Shown here: one piece after another, positions 36,582-50,100 of the stretch
Layout: each line of letters starts with the position of its first letter
How positions within the stretch are numbered: position 1 is the stretch's first letter
Origin: Azolla caroliniana
Taxonomy: Eukaryota > Plantae > Polypodiophyta
NCBI GenBank assembly: GCA_043228905.1
Contig: JBHGNT010000002.1
Location: forward strand, 15,438,001-15,502,000
Direction of reading: 5' to 3'
Length of the DNA: 64,000 nucleotides
Made by a program: the position numbers and the translations under genes
Notes under the pieces: model-generated
Databases searched by the model: none
The model's input: the letters and a program-made list of their open reading frames with translations, nothing else
Told to the model about the DNA's origin: nothing

Positions 36582-39500
36582 GCAAGAAGTCCTTTTGCTT
36601 CATGCCTAATTTTGTGAGAAAATTTCTCATCCAGATCAGCTCTTTTCCGGCCTCTACCGTTGCCATATACTCTGCCTCTATAGTCGATAAGGCTACAGAC
36701 TTCTGCAGTCGTGACTGCCACGACACTACTCCCCCTGCATAGGTCATCACTTACCCTGACGTGGATCGGCTTGAGTCGGTATCTCCAGACATGTCTGAAT
36801 CGGTAAAACCTCCAGCATAGGTTTCCCGACACCATACCTTAGGCACACCTCCGAGGTGCCTTTCAGGTACCTGAGTATCCACTTCACTGCTGCCTAGTGT
36901 TCTCCCCCTGGATTACTCATATATCGGCTTACTACTCCCACAGCAAATGTTATGTCCGATCTCGTACAGACCATAGCATACATTAGACTGCCGACAGCCG
37001 AGGCATATGGTACCTTCTTCATCTCAGCCTTTTCCTTCTGCCCTTTCGGACACTGCTTCGCATTCAATCTGCAATTTGTCGGCAACACTGAGTCGACCGG
37101 CTTTGCGTTCGACATGTTGAACCTCTCTAGGATCTTCAGCACATACTTCTGTTGTGACAACCATAGCACCTACCAAGCTCTATCTCGGGTTATCTGCATT
37201 CCTAGGATTTTCTTTGCCAGTCCAAGGTCTTTCATGGCAAATGATTTGCCGAGAGCTTTCTTCAAGCTTCCAATCTTCCTTGCATCTTGGCTGACTATCA
37301 ACATATCATCAACATATAGCAAGAGAATCAAGAAATCTCCTTCCTCGTACCTTTTTACGAACACACAGTGATCAACATGTGTTTTCTGGAACCGATGTTC
37401 CATCATGAAGGACTCGAATTTCTTGTACCATTGGCGTGGAGCTTGTTTCAGTCCGTACAAGCTTTTCCTCAGTCGACACACTAGATTCTCTTTCCCTTTC
37501 TCCTCAAAGCCCTCGGGTTGCTGCATGTAGATTTCTTCTTCTAGCTCCCCGGGATACTCATCTTCCGAGTATCCCATGAATATGCATGCTTTCCACTTGC
37601 TGTCGAGCTTTGACCTCTGATCCTTTGGTACATGCATATACGCCAAACATCCAAACACCCTCAGGTGTTGGTAGGAGACATCCTTCCCTGTCCACACCCT
37701 TTGTGGGACATCACCCTTTAATGGCACTGAGGGAGACCTGTTGATCAGATAAACAGATGTGTACATCGCCTCAGCCTAATAGGATTTCTGCAGTTTCACT
37801 GGAGAGAGCATGCTCCTTACTCTCTCCATGATCGTTCGATTCATCCTCTATGCAAGCCCGTTCAACTCTAGGGTCTTTGGTACTGTGTATTCAATTCCAA
37901 TACCTTTGCACTTGTAGTATTCTTCGAACTGGTTTGGACAACCTTCAGTTTCCGACCCGACTCTCTTTCAGTTCTTGCCTAGAACTCCTTGAAAACCGAC
38001 AGTACTTGATCCTTCAACTTCAGTACGAAGGCCCATGGCTTCCGACTATAGTCGTCAATAAACGTTACAAAGTACTGTCCTCCTCAATGCGATGGAGCAT
38101 CCACATAGCACACATTCGTGTGCACTAGTTCCAGTGTAGCTTCTCTTCTTCTCGGTGGTCTTGAGTGGAATGTCGTCTTGTTCTGCTTTCCGGCTAAGCA
38201 GTCGACACACTTCTCCAGGTGCACTCCCTTGACTTCTAGTAGAAGTTTTTGGTCGGCTAGCAGGTGCATTCCCTTTTCACTCATGTGGCCTAGCCTCTTA
38301 TGCCATATCTCCCCTGCCAAGTCGGCTGCCACGTTTACTTCCGATTTGCACAGTCGGGCATGCATCATGTACAATGTGGCTTCTTTCTGTGCTCGGGCCA
38401 CTATAAGATTTCCTTGGCAAAACTTCCACTTGCCATTCCGAAAACTACCATTATAGCCTTCATCGTCAAGCCTTCCAGTCGATATCAGATTCAATCTGAT
38501 ATCGGGGACGTGTCGAACATCCTTCAACGTCAGTTGACACCCTGTCAACGTCATTAAGCATACACTTCCGATTCTAGTTATCTTGCACTCTCCACTATCA
38601 CCCATCTTTACATAGCCATGATCCCCGGCTATGTAAGTCGAGAAATACTCTCTCGACAGAGTAATATGGAAGGATGCGCCGAAGTTGATCACCCACGTGC
38701 AATCTTCACTCGCAAGATTTGCACTCATCTATTCACAAATGAATAGGAGTTCTTCATTGCTTGTAGCAATGGCCGATGTGTTCTTTTCATCCAGAATTTT
38801 CCGGGGTTCGACATTGTTTCCGACACTCTTGTCTTTTTTCATGTGTCGACAGTACTTCTGGAAGTGTCCAGGTTTTCCGCAATAAAAGCACACAGGCTTA
38901 CCTCTGGACTTCGATCTGGCATGGGACTTGTCCATTTGCTGCGGACTTCTTCTTCGCCGGTCTCTCCCTCTGTCCATATGTTGAGTCAGATTCGACTTAG
39001 TTTGGGACAGGACTCCTTTGTCTTTCCTCCTTCCCTCCTCATTTAGGATGCTTGTCTTCACCGTTTGTAAAGACAAGTTCTCTTCTTGATATGAGGTGTT
39101 GAGAGTAACCATCAGGTTCTCCCAGCTTTCTGACAGTGTACACATCAGCAAGATGGCCTGCATTGCATCATCCAGGGGAAACTTGGTCGCAGCAAGTTGA
39201 TTTACATACCCCATAAATGTGTTGATGTGTTTGACGATACTCTCACCGTCTCTGTATTTCAACCATACTATTTTTCTTATCAACGAGGTTCTATTTAGCG
39301 CGTTCTTCCTCTCGTACAGACCCGACAGCTTCTGCCACATCTCGTGGGCATTCGTGTCGTTCGCCACATGCTAAAGGACACTTACATCGACATATTGTCG
39401 GATTGTGGCCACCACCTTCCTATTCAGAAGCTTCCAGTCCGACTCTAATACCCCCCTGGGTATTTCTGCTCTGTCGACTGGCTCGTACAGGTCTTTTACT

Positions 39501-40899
39501 ATGAGAAGGTCATCCATTTTTATCTTCCAGTCTACATAGTTCTGAGAGTTTAGAACTATCATCCCTGGGAAACCGCTAACACCTCCTTCCATGCTTGCAC
39601 CTCAAGCTCTGATACCAGTTTGTAGAGAAATCGTTGCAGAATAGATCACAATAAACGAACTACGCGCTGAAATACGAATCAGAGATTTGCCACGAAAGAC
39701 AAGATAAACAGATGTACACAGAGATTTATGTAGAAACCCTAAAATGGAGAAAACCACGAGTGAACAAAATCTTCACTATACAAAGTGGATATACAACACC
39801 GAGAGGAATACAACACTCTGTCGAGTGTCTCAGCTGCACAGGGCTCTTCGCGTCTACTATAACTCACACAGCTATGGCGCAGCTCATACACACTCTCTCT
39901 CTCTCTCTCTCTCTATTGCACACACTGTTCTCTACCCACATAAAGTTTGCCCTAGTTGTATATATATATATATACTTACACAACTTTCTGGCTATTTACA
40001 TACGTAGCCCTCATGGGGCGCACTATTAGACTATTTATAATTATAGTCTCCCGAGTTGGCTATATACACAATTCTAGTTTCGGCCTCGGCCGAGTCCCTC
40101 ATCAACTCGGCTCCTCTCTCTCCCCATTTGAGAGACCTGTTTCCTAACATCATCATTATTATTTTTACTATAATAATAATAATCGAATCTTCAAATAGTC
40201 GACTCACTGTTTTCGACTCTTCGACTGTCGGCTTTCCGAACAGTCGGATCTTCCCTATCATCGACTGTCGGCTTTCCGATCAATCGGTTCTTCCTCCCAC
40301 TAGAGGGACATATTCCCAACAGATCGATCTTTGGCATGAATATTGCTTATTAGAGGATATCTTAGATGCAGGACAATCTTATTTGGAATGTCGTTGTGAA
40401 TTATGAAAAGAAGCATCTTAGGAGATAGAAAAACGAATGCTCAATCCGACACTTTTAATTTTTTGAAGTTAAGCATGACGAGCTTTGAGTCGAGCTCCTT
40501 GTGGCAGAGGTTGTCAGAAAGTCGGGCTCCTTGTGACTGACTATGTCAGCTTTTTATCCACATCGGATGGTGTAGATCAGTTGAGCGACCTGCACCGTCC
40601 ATTCCCTCACTTTGGCCTCTTTAATATTTGGCATAGTGCGTAATATACTCGAATGCATTGGCGAACAATCTTTTTCATATGAATGCAAGTGAATGCGTAT
40701 GTTATCAAAAAATTCTTGTGTTTTTTTTTACCACTTTTTAACTTAACTTTCTTACCTTATAATAAATAAATAATGGATACAAAAGTATGGTATTTACCCT
40801 AATTCGAGGGTGTTTACCATACTCGAACGATGTAAACATGCTTGAATGAGAATGCACGTATGGTTGATACTATGTTAATAAAAATTGATACTATGTTAT

Positions 40900-41430
40900 A
40901 TGCACGCCAACCAATTAATAGGCTAATGTGGGGCCTAGGGGGATGGTCTTGGACTAGTCCCATGATGGATCCAATGCAAAAAGTTCCGTTCTTTCAGTAT
41001 ACTGTGAAATTTGGTAAAACCTTACTCATGTCTAAGAATATTCCAACTCCTACAGCTCAAAAGCACTGGAATAAGTGGGGTGTATCAAGCAGTCATTTGA
41101 AGGCTTATTGGAAATGAATTTGGTCTTTTAGGGGACCAACAAAATACACTCCCTTCAGATGGCTTTTGCTACATGCAACACTATTGGTAGGTCAATATTT
41201 GAAAGGAAACATGGCACCCGTTCTTAGACAATGTAGTTATTGTGGTGACTTGCAGGAAACTACCAAGCATGCTCTTTGGTCCTGTTCACTAGCTCAACAA
41301 GTATGGAAATAAAGTTCTTTCTTTATTCCTGACAATTAATGTAGGTTGCCTATTCTCTTGGGGATCAACGATATGGGGGGTTCTCCATTCTAGTCTCTTA
41401 TTGTATGAGGCAGATGATGCTCTAGAGGCT
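40900..41430 (+). mobile_element. Degenerate L1 ORF2 3' fragment (zf-RVT region)
   Basis: PFFQYTVKFGK...; CSYCGDLQETTKHALWSC. Confidence 0.65.
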
Positions 41431-41443
41431 AATAAGACTGTCA

Positions 41444-41527
41444 TCCAGTGGTGGACAGGTGAGTAACGCGTGAGAACCTACCCTCGGGAGGGGGACAACA
41501 GCTGGAAACGGTTGCTAATACCCCATA
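41444..41527 (+). other. rrn16: Plastid-type 16S rRNA fragment (NUPT), non-functional
   Basis: AGTGGTGGACAGGTGAGTAACGCGTGAGAACCTACCC...ACAACAGCTGGAAACGGTTGCTAATACCCCATA, recognised as the conserved 5' region of plastid/cyanobacterial 16S. Confidence 0.85.
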
Positions 41528-41789
41528 ACAAGCATCTAATATCTGTCTCGCCTTTTCAACAGCCCCTCGTAGTGTTGGACACGAGCACATAATGTGTACA
41601 CATAATACACAATGTATATAGGCTCATTATACATACATATGTATGTATATATACACACATACATACACACGCATACATACACTGCTGTTGCTGTTGCTGC
41701 TGCTGCTGCTGCTCCTGAAAAAGGAGAAAAAGAACATCTGTTTACACAGACGACACGCAGAGGAGGAGGAGGAGGAGGAGGAGGAGGAT

Positions 41790-42170
41790 ATGAAGCGTGT
41801 TGTGATTGTGATGAGGAGGAGTGATGTTGTGGTATCAGAGTACAGAAGAAAGCTGGTGAGGATGGAAGGTCGCCGTCATCTCTCTTCCTTCATCTCTTGG
41901 CCAGACCCCAAAACTTCTCAAAGTGGAGGAGGAGATCCACCGTCCCCACAAAATCCTCCCGACGCAGAGAATCCCGACCCTGCCACCCTCAGAGAGCAGT
42001 GGAAGTACGCCATCGGTCTCTACAGCCGGTGGTACTCTCATGCGTGGGGCACCACAATCCTTGCCGGCTTGTCTTTCTTTGCCATCGGTTGGTTCGTCAA
42101 AGGGGAAAACCCTCTGAACAGAGAACCCTCCCCTGTCCACGAAGATCCTGCCTTAGCATCTCAGAGGTAA
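41790..42170 (+). CDS. Small single-pass membrane protein of unknown function, probably organelle-targeted (~126 aa; may be spliced at 42166)
   Basis: Non-TE ORF after (CTG)n/(GAG)n leader repeats; NPDPATLREQWKYAI..YSRWYSHAWGTTILAGLSFFAIGWFVKGENP resembles a conserved plant uncharacterised family (from memory); donor AG|GTAAGA overlaps the stop. Confidence 0.75.
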   Translation: MKRVVIVMRRSDVVVSEYRRKLVRMEGRRHLSSFISWPDPKTSQSGGGDPPSPQNPPDAENPDPATLREQWKYAIGLYSRWYSHAWGTTILAGLSFFAIGWFVKGENPLNREPSPVHEDPALASQR

Positions 42171-45100
42171 GAAGCTTTTCACTTCGATTCTTTCTCCTTT
42201 CCTTTTGTTTTCTAAACATCGGTTTCTATGTCTTTTCATTGATTTGTATGTATGTATGTATGTATGTATATTCCATACACCCATGTAAACAATGTATGCA
42301 TGCATATGCCCCTAGGTATATGTATTGTAGCACGTATTATCTCCGTATATATGATATAAGTATGTATAACAACTCACTGTGTACATGTATTTATTTCATG
42401 TTATCTCCATATATTGTTTATATACATCTGATGTGTGTATGCATCCTTTTATATACTTTAAGAATTATCTTCATGCAAATGAGGCCATATTTATATCGAT
42501 GTGTTTTTGACATGTCCTGTCATGTCTATGTGGATACGTATATACCATGTGACTTCAAGTTAATATTTTGTGTTGATGCATATATCTTGTGTAAATGTAG
42601 ATACCTGTGTTGTTATGTTAGTGTATGCAACATGTAAAATTGCCAAAAGGAGACATTAGAATTTTCAAATATGATGTCCCTGTCATGCGGACTAGAATGT
42701 TTGTAAATAGCATAGAAAAAAAAAATGCTAGAAAGGAGTTTATATGGTATTGTGGTCTTGATAACATTTCTGAATAGATCGTTGGAGAAGTGATAGAGAG
42801 AAGCCCATGGTGGGCATGAGGAAGAAGATGATGGCACATGAAAATCAGATGTACTTTGAACAATGTATATAGGCTTGTGTAATAGGAAGTACTGATGGAA
42901 ATGACCTCTTGATGTAAAAGTTTTTCTATCATGGATTTTCTTGACCTGATATAGTGGTGATTAAACTGTAAAGAAAGTTTCTTTGACTTGCTCAGTCATC
43001 TTTGGTGAAGCTCTATATAATATGTTTACAAGGCAAACTTTTTCACAGAAGCTCTATATGATTTTTGTATTGACAAGGCTAACTTTTCAACAAAGCATCA
43101 TTGACTATATCTTTGTGAATTTGTATATACAAGCCTTCGTATGCAAAATTTGCACACAATCTGGATTCTTGATCTGTGATGTGTAGAAACCTTGGAAATC
43201 GTGAAAATATAGGAAGTCTTGATGCAGGTAAGATTGTACAACATTCTTCCTTTGAAATTTAACTATTTTCTCTCCTCACAATATCTCATCAGGAAAAGCA
43301 TACATCACACATTATGAGATGCTTTGTTACTGCATGTTCTTTAAGATAAATGTAATCTTCAACTGTTTCATGTATTTGGTTATGGATTGATCAGTGCATG
43401 GGAAGGGGAATGAAATCAGCTATGTTAGTCGATGTATGTAGAGAATGTGATAGGCACACATGACAAAAAAGTTTATGATGGAGGTGCTTTTTTCCATATG
43501 CTTATATACAATCCAATTATTCTTTGTTGATGTAAGGTCTATGAAATACTAATTCTCATGAAGGGTAACCCTTTGGTCTTGCATGCATACACATATACAC
43601 ATCTACAAGGTAGAAGATATCTTAGTTACATAATGGATAATTTGTTATGCAACCTAATTTGATCCCCCTTTTTCCTTTCCATGTATGCAATTTAAACATG
43701 AAATACATTCTAACTTGGATATTGTAGCAACAATACACACATTTCCATAAATATATATCAGTGAATGGAACACGGGCATAGATTTGTAACAAATGAAAGC
43801 TGGGAATGCTTTTAAAATGCCAACATCAAGTATTATTACTTTTAAAACTTTCTGCTCTAATCCCAGTCAAGGCCTCAAATATTGTACTCCAATTTCTTCA
43901 TCCTACCTTTTTTTAATTTACTCCTGTGGCCAGGTGGGTTTTCACTGGATGGATGTTAGTTTCCCAATAAATTAACTCTGGATGAAGTGCTTCTTGGAAT
44001 TCAACACAGTGGTTTCTCATGTGAATATTTTTATCACTTTAAATGAACCTTCTAGCTAACTTTGGATTTGTTTATGTAGCCCCTATTGTCTGTGGCTTGA
44101 CATTTTTTGAATTCCTTCAAGCCGTCAATCATATCAATAATAACCACATCCTCAACTCTCTACCCTGCTAGATCTGAGTGAATTTTTGGCTTTGTTGACA
44201 ATGAGATACTTATTTAGGTAAGATCCCTCCATATGCCTTTTGGTGATTTATAAATCCCTTTACGTTGCGTCCCTCTACTATACGTATGCACTCCGAGAAA
44301 CTTGGATATGTCCAAAAGCTCTAGAGTCTAAACCTCTACAATCTCCTCATTTGCTCTTGTTAGATGTTAAATCATCCCTTCACCGTAACATTCTCTTTGC
44401 AACCGCCATCATTTGGATAACCTCATCATTTTATTAACGCAGTTATCTCTACCTACCACCACACATTCTTCTATCATGCATGCTTTTGATGATGATGCAT
44501 TTATCGTGTGGGATGTTATTATATCATTGCTATTGTAAAATTTTATATTAGCTAAGTATGTAACAAAAATATGATAGTGGTTAAGGTTGAAAAGCGTCAT
44601 TAAGGTCTTGAGTTTGAATCTCTGAATTAGCTAAGCATGGTTATGATAGTCTCTTCCTCTTTCGATAATGACAATGGAATTTTTTGACAAGAGCTAGAGC
44701 ATAGCCGAGATCTGGCTCACCTCCCAAGTTTGATCATTGGATGTATACCCTAACTAATACACCATGTAATATGGTTTGTTATGCATGAAGTTGGAGTCCA
44801 AAATTACTTCAACTTCATACATTCACTCATTAACAAGAGATGAGAGTGTAATATAATGATTTGGAATAAAGCTCAAAGAATAAGGTTCCAAAAGCGATAT
44901 GTGGAGCATCAGATAAAGAAACATATGGGAAAGGAGATCTAAACAAAATGCAGCACCATCAATCTAGTATAGGTAAAGAATGAACCAAGCCATTAATCCT
45001 ACTTGTCAGATGGTCTAGGGATCTTTATATTGCATCATAATAACAAAACAAAATCTGTAACTTGGAATTAGGTTCCTCTAGGGGGTCGTTATATTGCTCG

Positions 45101-45564
45101 AACAATGGAGTATATCCAATTGAAGAATGCATTGAATTATTCAACGCAAACTCTAGAAAATGTAGGAAATCAACCCAATCACCTTCTTAGAAATTGTTAA
45201 GGTATTGAAGATAAAGCTCTTTGTTTTGATTCCTGCAAAGATGATACTAGAAGAGATCTTACAAGGGTGAGGGCAAGCTATGGTACACAAACTTCTGTCG
45301 TGAATTTAAGCACATAGAAGTTTAAAACTTAGAAATAATAGTAAAAATATACATCACCACTCCAAAATTTTAAATTCACATTTAAAAAGGCATTTCTTAT
45401 ATCATCTCTCTTATATATATAATTGTTTACATTATTTATATAAAGGTAGAGATATAAATAATATAAACATTTATCAAGTGGGACATTGGGGAGTGGTCAT
45501 GTGTAGGGATAAAATCTCAAGATATACAAAGTAATTATCTATTCAATTGAGACTAACATATTTC

Positions 45565-46540
45565 TTTTTTTTTTTCCGAAAAAAAACTCCTTCCATTAGT
45601 TCTAAAATTGTATAGATGAGAGTGTTATACACAAATCATTGTAGGGACGTGATGGTTCCATCTTATGTGGATGCCCACTAGCTCAAGAAAGGAAGAGCAT
45701 GACTATTGTTGGATGACGGCGAGTCGTCTTTCAACTCCATCGGGGCCGCCCTTGAGGCCATCGTATTGACTCTTTAGAGTGGCCACAACTTCACTTCATA
45801 TTTCTTGCATTAAGATTACTGGATATGCAGTTTGGTTGAAGAAGACCCGTCTACGTCGTCGTTTCCATAGAATCCAAAGAGTTATTGGGTTGACCAATTC
45901 CAACACAACTCCAAATTTGGCATTAGTAGGAGTTGAGTGGATATTGTCGATGGTGGAAAAGAAAAACCTCTTGTGCTTTTATCTCGTGATGCTCGTACTT
46001 GTCAACTGGGTCCTAACATAATAACCAACATACATTTCCCCACTTAATTCTGCCTTGCACCAGGCATAATTGCAATAGGCGCCCAACCCCCTACCATATT
46101 CAATGAGTCTCTAGGTAGTCAGTCCCAAAGAGCATGTCTGATTGATTCTGTTGCATTTGGGCACGCTACACAATTAGGAGAGCTAAGGGTTCCATGTTGC
46201 CACGCTCTAACCGGTAGTGACTTATGTATTAATAGTCATTGGGACATGGTAATTCTCCTCGCATGTTGTTGTTTCCATATTTTGTGCCAAAATTTGGTGA
46301 TAATTGTATGAGGAACATGATATGTGTGCCAAACCTTTGCAGCAGCCGGCTCTCGGGTGATTTGAGTAGTTAGAATGTGGCGACCCAATCTAGTCATGAA
46401 TTGGAAGAACGGAATTGCTTTGCTTCCATGACCCACATAAGGATCGCCCCATGTCCATTGTAAAGGGTCCCAACTGACCTTACGTAACCATGTGTTTTCA
46501 TGAGTACATATATACCATTTTGGTTGTACTTTGATCATAT
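45565..46540 (-). mobile_element. Degenerate L1 3' fragment
   Basis: WDPLQWTW...IPFFQF, FWHKIWK, CVACPNATESIRH; T-run at ~45565-45575 as the poly(A) tail. Confidence 0.65.
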
Positions 46541-47146
46541 TTCTTAATTAGTGAGGCGATTAAATGTGTATTAATTTATATTAACTTAAGGCCTTCGAGG
46601 CTTCCAAGGTTTCAAGGACTAGAGAGGTAAGTGTTTTTATGTGTTGATGTGTGACATGGTCTTTGCCATTAAGGAATGACTTCCCCCAATCCCTAATTTA
46701 GCCCCAATCTAAGTTGTGAGTCATTAATCCCTTCTAAAAGATGTAGTAAACCGTTTTGCGCAAGAAACTACCAAGAAGATCAAAAATAGAAAAAGAAGAA
46801 AAGAAGAATCAAGTACAATTTACACTTCAATTGTTTTTGTTTGTTATTTTAATTTCTAATGTTTCTAGTTTGGAATGAAAAAATAATATATACTAAGGAA
46901 ATATTATTAGTTGTTCATCTAGTGGGTTTTGTTTCTTTAGTCAATCTATGTGACATTTTTAGAGCAACTTTTAGGGCTCTACCAGAGGAAGGAAAATATT
47001 ATGTGTCACTCTATCATATCAAATATCATTATTCCAAAAATGAAAAGAAAGCAATTTTCCATGTCCCACTTCACATTCTCTCTCTCCCATTACATTGTTG
47101 CCTCATGCCAATGTTGATATCCATAATGATTAACCATAGATAATGA

Positions 47147-50100
47147 TAAACCCTCTCTCTCTCTTGGTGGAGGCCGACAACACGAAGAGTGAAGAAGACT
47201 TCAGGAGGAGCTGAATCCCCTTAATATAGGGGGCCATATTGACATATTGCTTTTGTAGGAACACCACCTCTTGCAAGAGCGAACTCAGAGCTTAGTAAAC
47301 CCCTTGTCAGGTGGGTGAACCACATGGTGGTCAGCTGCACAGAGTGACCTCCACCGAAGAGGAGGGGTCTGCATCTCGATCAGTGATAAGGCCCGATACA
47401 AAGTAACATCATCTGGCACGTTGGTGGAGGGTCGGGCCTTATACGTGCTTCTGAAATGGAATCGCCTACAGGTTGGGGTGCCAAACATTTATGCCCCTAA
47501 CTCAGCCCCTGAGAGAGCAATCTTTTGGAGGATGTTAGCGACAACATTACCTGATGCCGAGGCTTGGGTAATGGCAGGTGATTTCAACATGACTGAACAC
47601 TTGGGAGATAAGAAAGGAGGGACCCAGAGGCCTATTTACGATGCGGAGCTAGATTCATGGGCTTTCCTAACTGGCAAAATCGGGGTGAAGGATACATGGG
47701 GCTCTTCCCTTAGGAGAAGCTCACATTCGCTGCACTTTTCCAGAGCCGCCAGGAATGTTAAGGGCGGTAGTCTTGCACGGCTAGATCGCATATACATCAG
47801 CTCATCCCTCAAAGAGCTTGGGGGCTCCTTCGCTATCTTGGCAGGTCTTACCTTTTCAGATCATCAGCTGGTGAGACGAGACCTTAACCCACCCAACGAT
47901 AGCAAGGGCAGTCTCAATGTGAAGATCCCCACAAAGATCATGAAGAGTGAAGAGGTGAAGGCCGGTTTACAAAGTATATGGCAGGACACCATGGGTAGTG
48001 AATCAGCCAACGAAGATTTGCAGAAAAAATTGGCCCTCTCCTCCTCCTTCTTACAACAAGAGACCGAGCGCGCCCTCCAGCAGGTTAGAGCCATTGAAAC
48101 AAAATTAAGGAAGGCCGTTCTGGCAGCGCAACGACTGCTACAGGTAGACCCTGGTTGCACTTGGTCTAGAGCTACGCTGGAGGAAGCAAAGATGAAGGTA
48201 CAGGAAAGGACTTTGGAGAAGAACCGAATGTTGTTTCGAAGAAACGCAGCATGGTGGGCTAGAAAAGACGACAAGGTCAACCGACATTTCTTTCACTACA
48301 AGGCACCCAAGGGTGGTGGTGGACGTATACAAGGGTTGCGAAAACCAGACGGCTCGATAACGGAGGACAAGACTGAGATTCTGGAAATGGCAACACAATA
48401 CTATCGTGACCTCCTCACACCTATGCATGTGAGACAACACATGGAGCTGGTTGATCGAGTGATGTCTTGCATTCACCCCAAGGTAACCCAGGTGATGGAA
48501 GTTGTGCTCGATAGCCCCATATCTCGTTTAGAACTCTCAGAGGTGCTTAGGGGATTGCGAAGGGGTGCATGACCCGGCCCCGATGGTCTCTCACGAGATT
48601 TCTTCGAGATTCATTGGGAATGTGTTATCCCGTCTTTGGATGCTGGAGTTCAAGAGATTTGGTACTCAGGAAAGATGCCAATTGGTTTGGCTGAGGGGAT
48701 GATATATCTCATCCCCAAAGCGTCAGAGCGAAGCCTAGAGTTGCGCCAGTGGCGTCCAATCATGATCCTTAACACGGCATACAAGATACTCGCTAAAGTC
48801 CTAGCTCGGCGGCTTGCAAGCTTCTTACCGGACATCATACATGACAATCAAACTGGATTTGTCAAGAACAAGTGTATCTTTGATAATGTGTTGCTTCTTT
48901 GGGAAGCTATGACATTGGCCCGCCGCTCCGTATCGAGCTTGGCTATTCTGATGTTAGACTTCGAGAAGGCCTACGACAGGGTGTTATGGCCCTTTTTGGA
49001 AAATGTGATGAGAGCTTTGGGCCTACCTCAAAAATGGAGGAATTGCACTTCTACACTCTATCAGACAACTACGAGTAGCGTGTTGATGGTTGGTTCTAGG
49101 GGACCCGCCTTCCAACTACAATGCTTAGTGAGGCAAGGTTGTCCCCTAGCCCCATATCTCTATCTCTTTGTCACCGAGGCTTTCTCCGCCTACTTACAAG
49201 CACCAACCAGCGGGCTGCGGGGATTGCCCATCCCCAATGCGACTAAAGATTTGTTGTTATCTGAATATGCCGACGATACGGTTCTTTTCTTGCAAGGTGA
49301 TGAGGAGAATTTGCAGCGGGTTGAACATCTTGTCGAGGACTTTTGTCAGGCGGCTGGTGCCAAGATCAATTGGAATAAAACCCAAGGCCTTTGGTTCAGC
49401 GAACAAGAGAAACCAAGATGGCAACCCCATGCCGATTTTATGTGGTTCCCTGATGGGACGACGTTCAAGTACCTTGGATTTACGATGGGGAGGTCAATCC
49501 CTAAGGGAGCGCAATTGGCCCACGTACAAGCCAAAATAAATAGGAAGTTGAGCCAATGGAGTAGATCTAAACTATCCTTCGCTGGTAGGGTCCTTGTTGC
49601 AAACCAAGTGTTGCTCGCTACCATGTGGCACTCAGTCTCCTGCTGGATTATGGACCCTGCAGGTCTGCACGCGATTAAGGTTGCCATCAGGGGGTTTATA
49701 TGGTCAGGTAAGGACAACCCAAGGGCTGCTGCCAGAGTGTCATGGTGTTGGTTAACGCAAGCGCGGGCCAAAGGGGGGCTTGGCCTTATAGACCCCTTAA
49801 TGTAGAGTCGTTCATTGCTGGCTAAAATGGTGGTTCGCTGCCTCCTATCAGGTAAGGGGTGCTGGAAGGTACTACTTCGCAACAGGCTGCAAGCAAGGAC
49901 TCCCAAGTATGGTAGGCCTTGGCCCGACTCCTTGAATTGGTGTTGCACGAGCAGAGTCCCACCCAAGCTAGCTTGCCATCCGGAGGACAGGGTCGCGAAC
50001 TCCATCTTGCGGGCATGGTGCCCTCTACGACAGCATTTGGTCAAACACACCCCGGAGACATTGACCGAATGGACTAGACAACCACTACTCTGGAATCCTC

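Larger units (their letters stand above)
29918..40321 (-). mobile_element. Ty1/copia element F (Tnt1/Tork-like), both LTRs, TSD GATCG
   Basis: 5' LTR 39621-40321; 3' LTR split into 29918-~30215 and ~35480-35890; PBS-Met 39606-39617; PPT 35893-35900; gag CFYCGKPGHFQKYC; INT, RT LLYVDDML, RH; TSD 29913-29917 and 40322-40326. Confidence 0.95.

Noticed and set aside
41643-41789. Longer N-terminus with poly-L and poly-E
   Set aside because: GTA/GTG-type start region made of (CTG)n and (GAG)n repeats; better read as 5' UTR before ATG 41790.
41830-41840. TGGTATCAGAG, a perfect PBS-Met 11-mer inside the small gene
   Set aside because: No adjacent LTR end (CA) and no downstream gag; likely coincidence.
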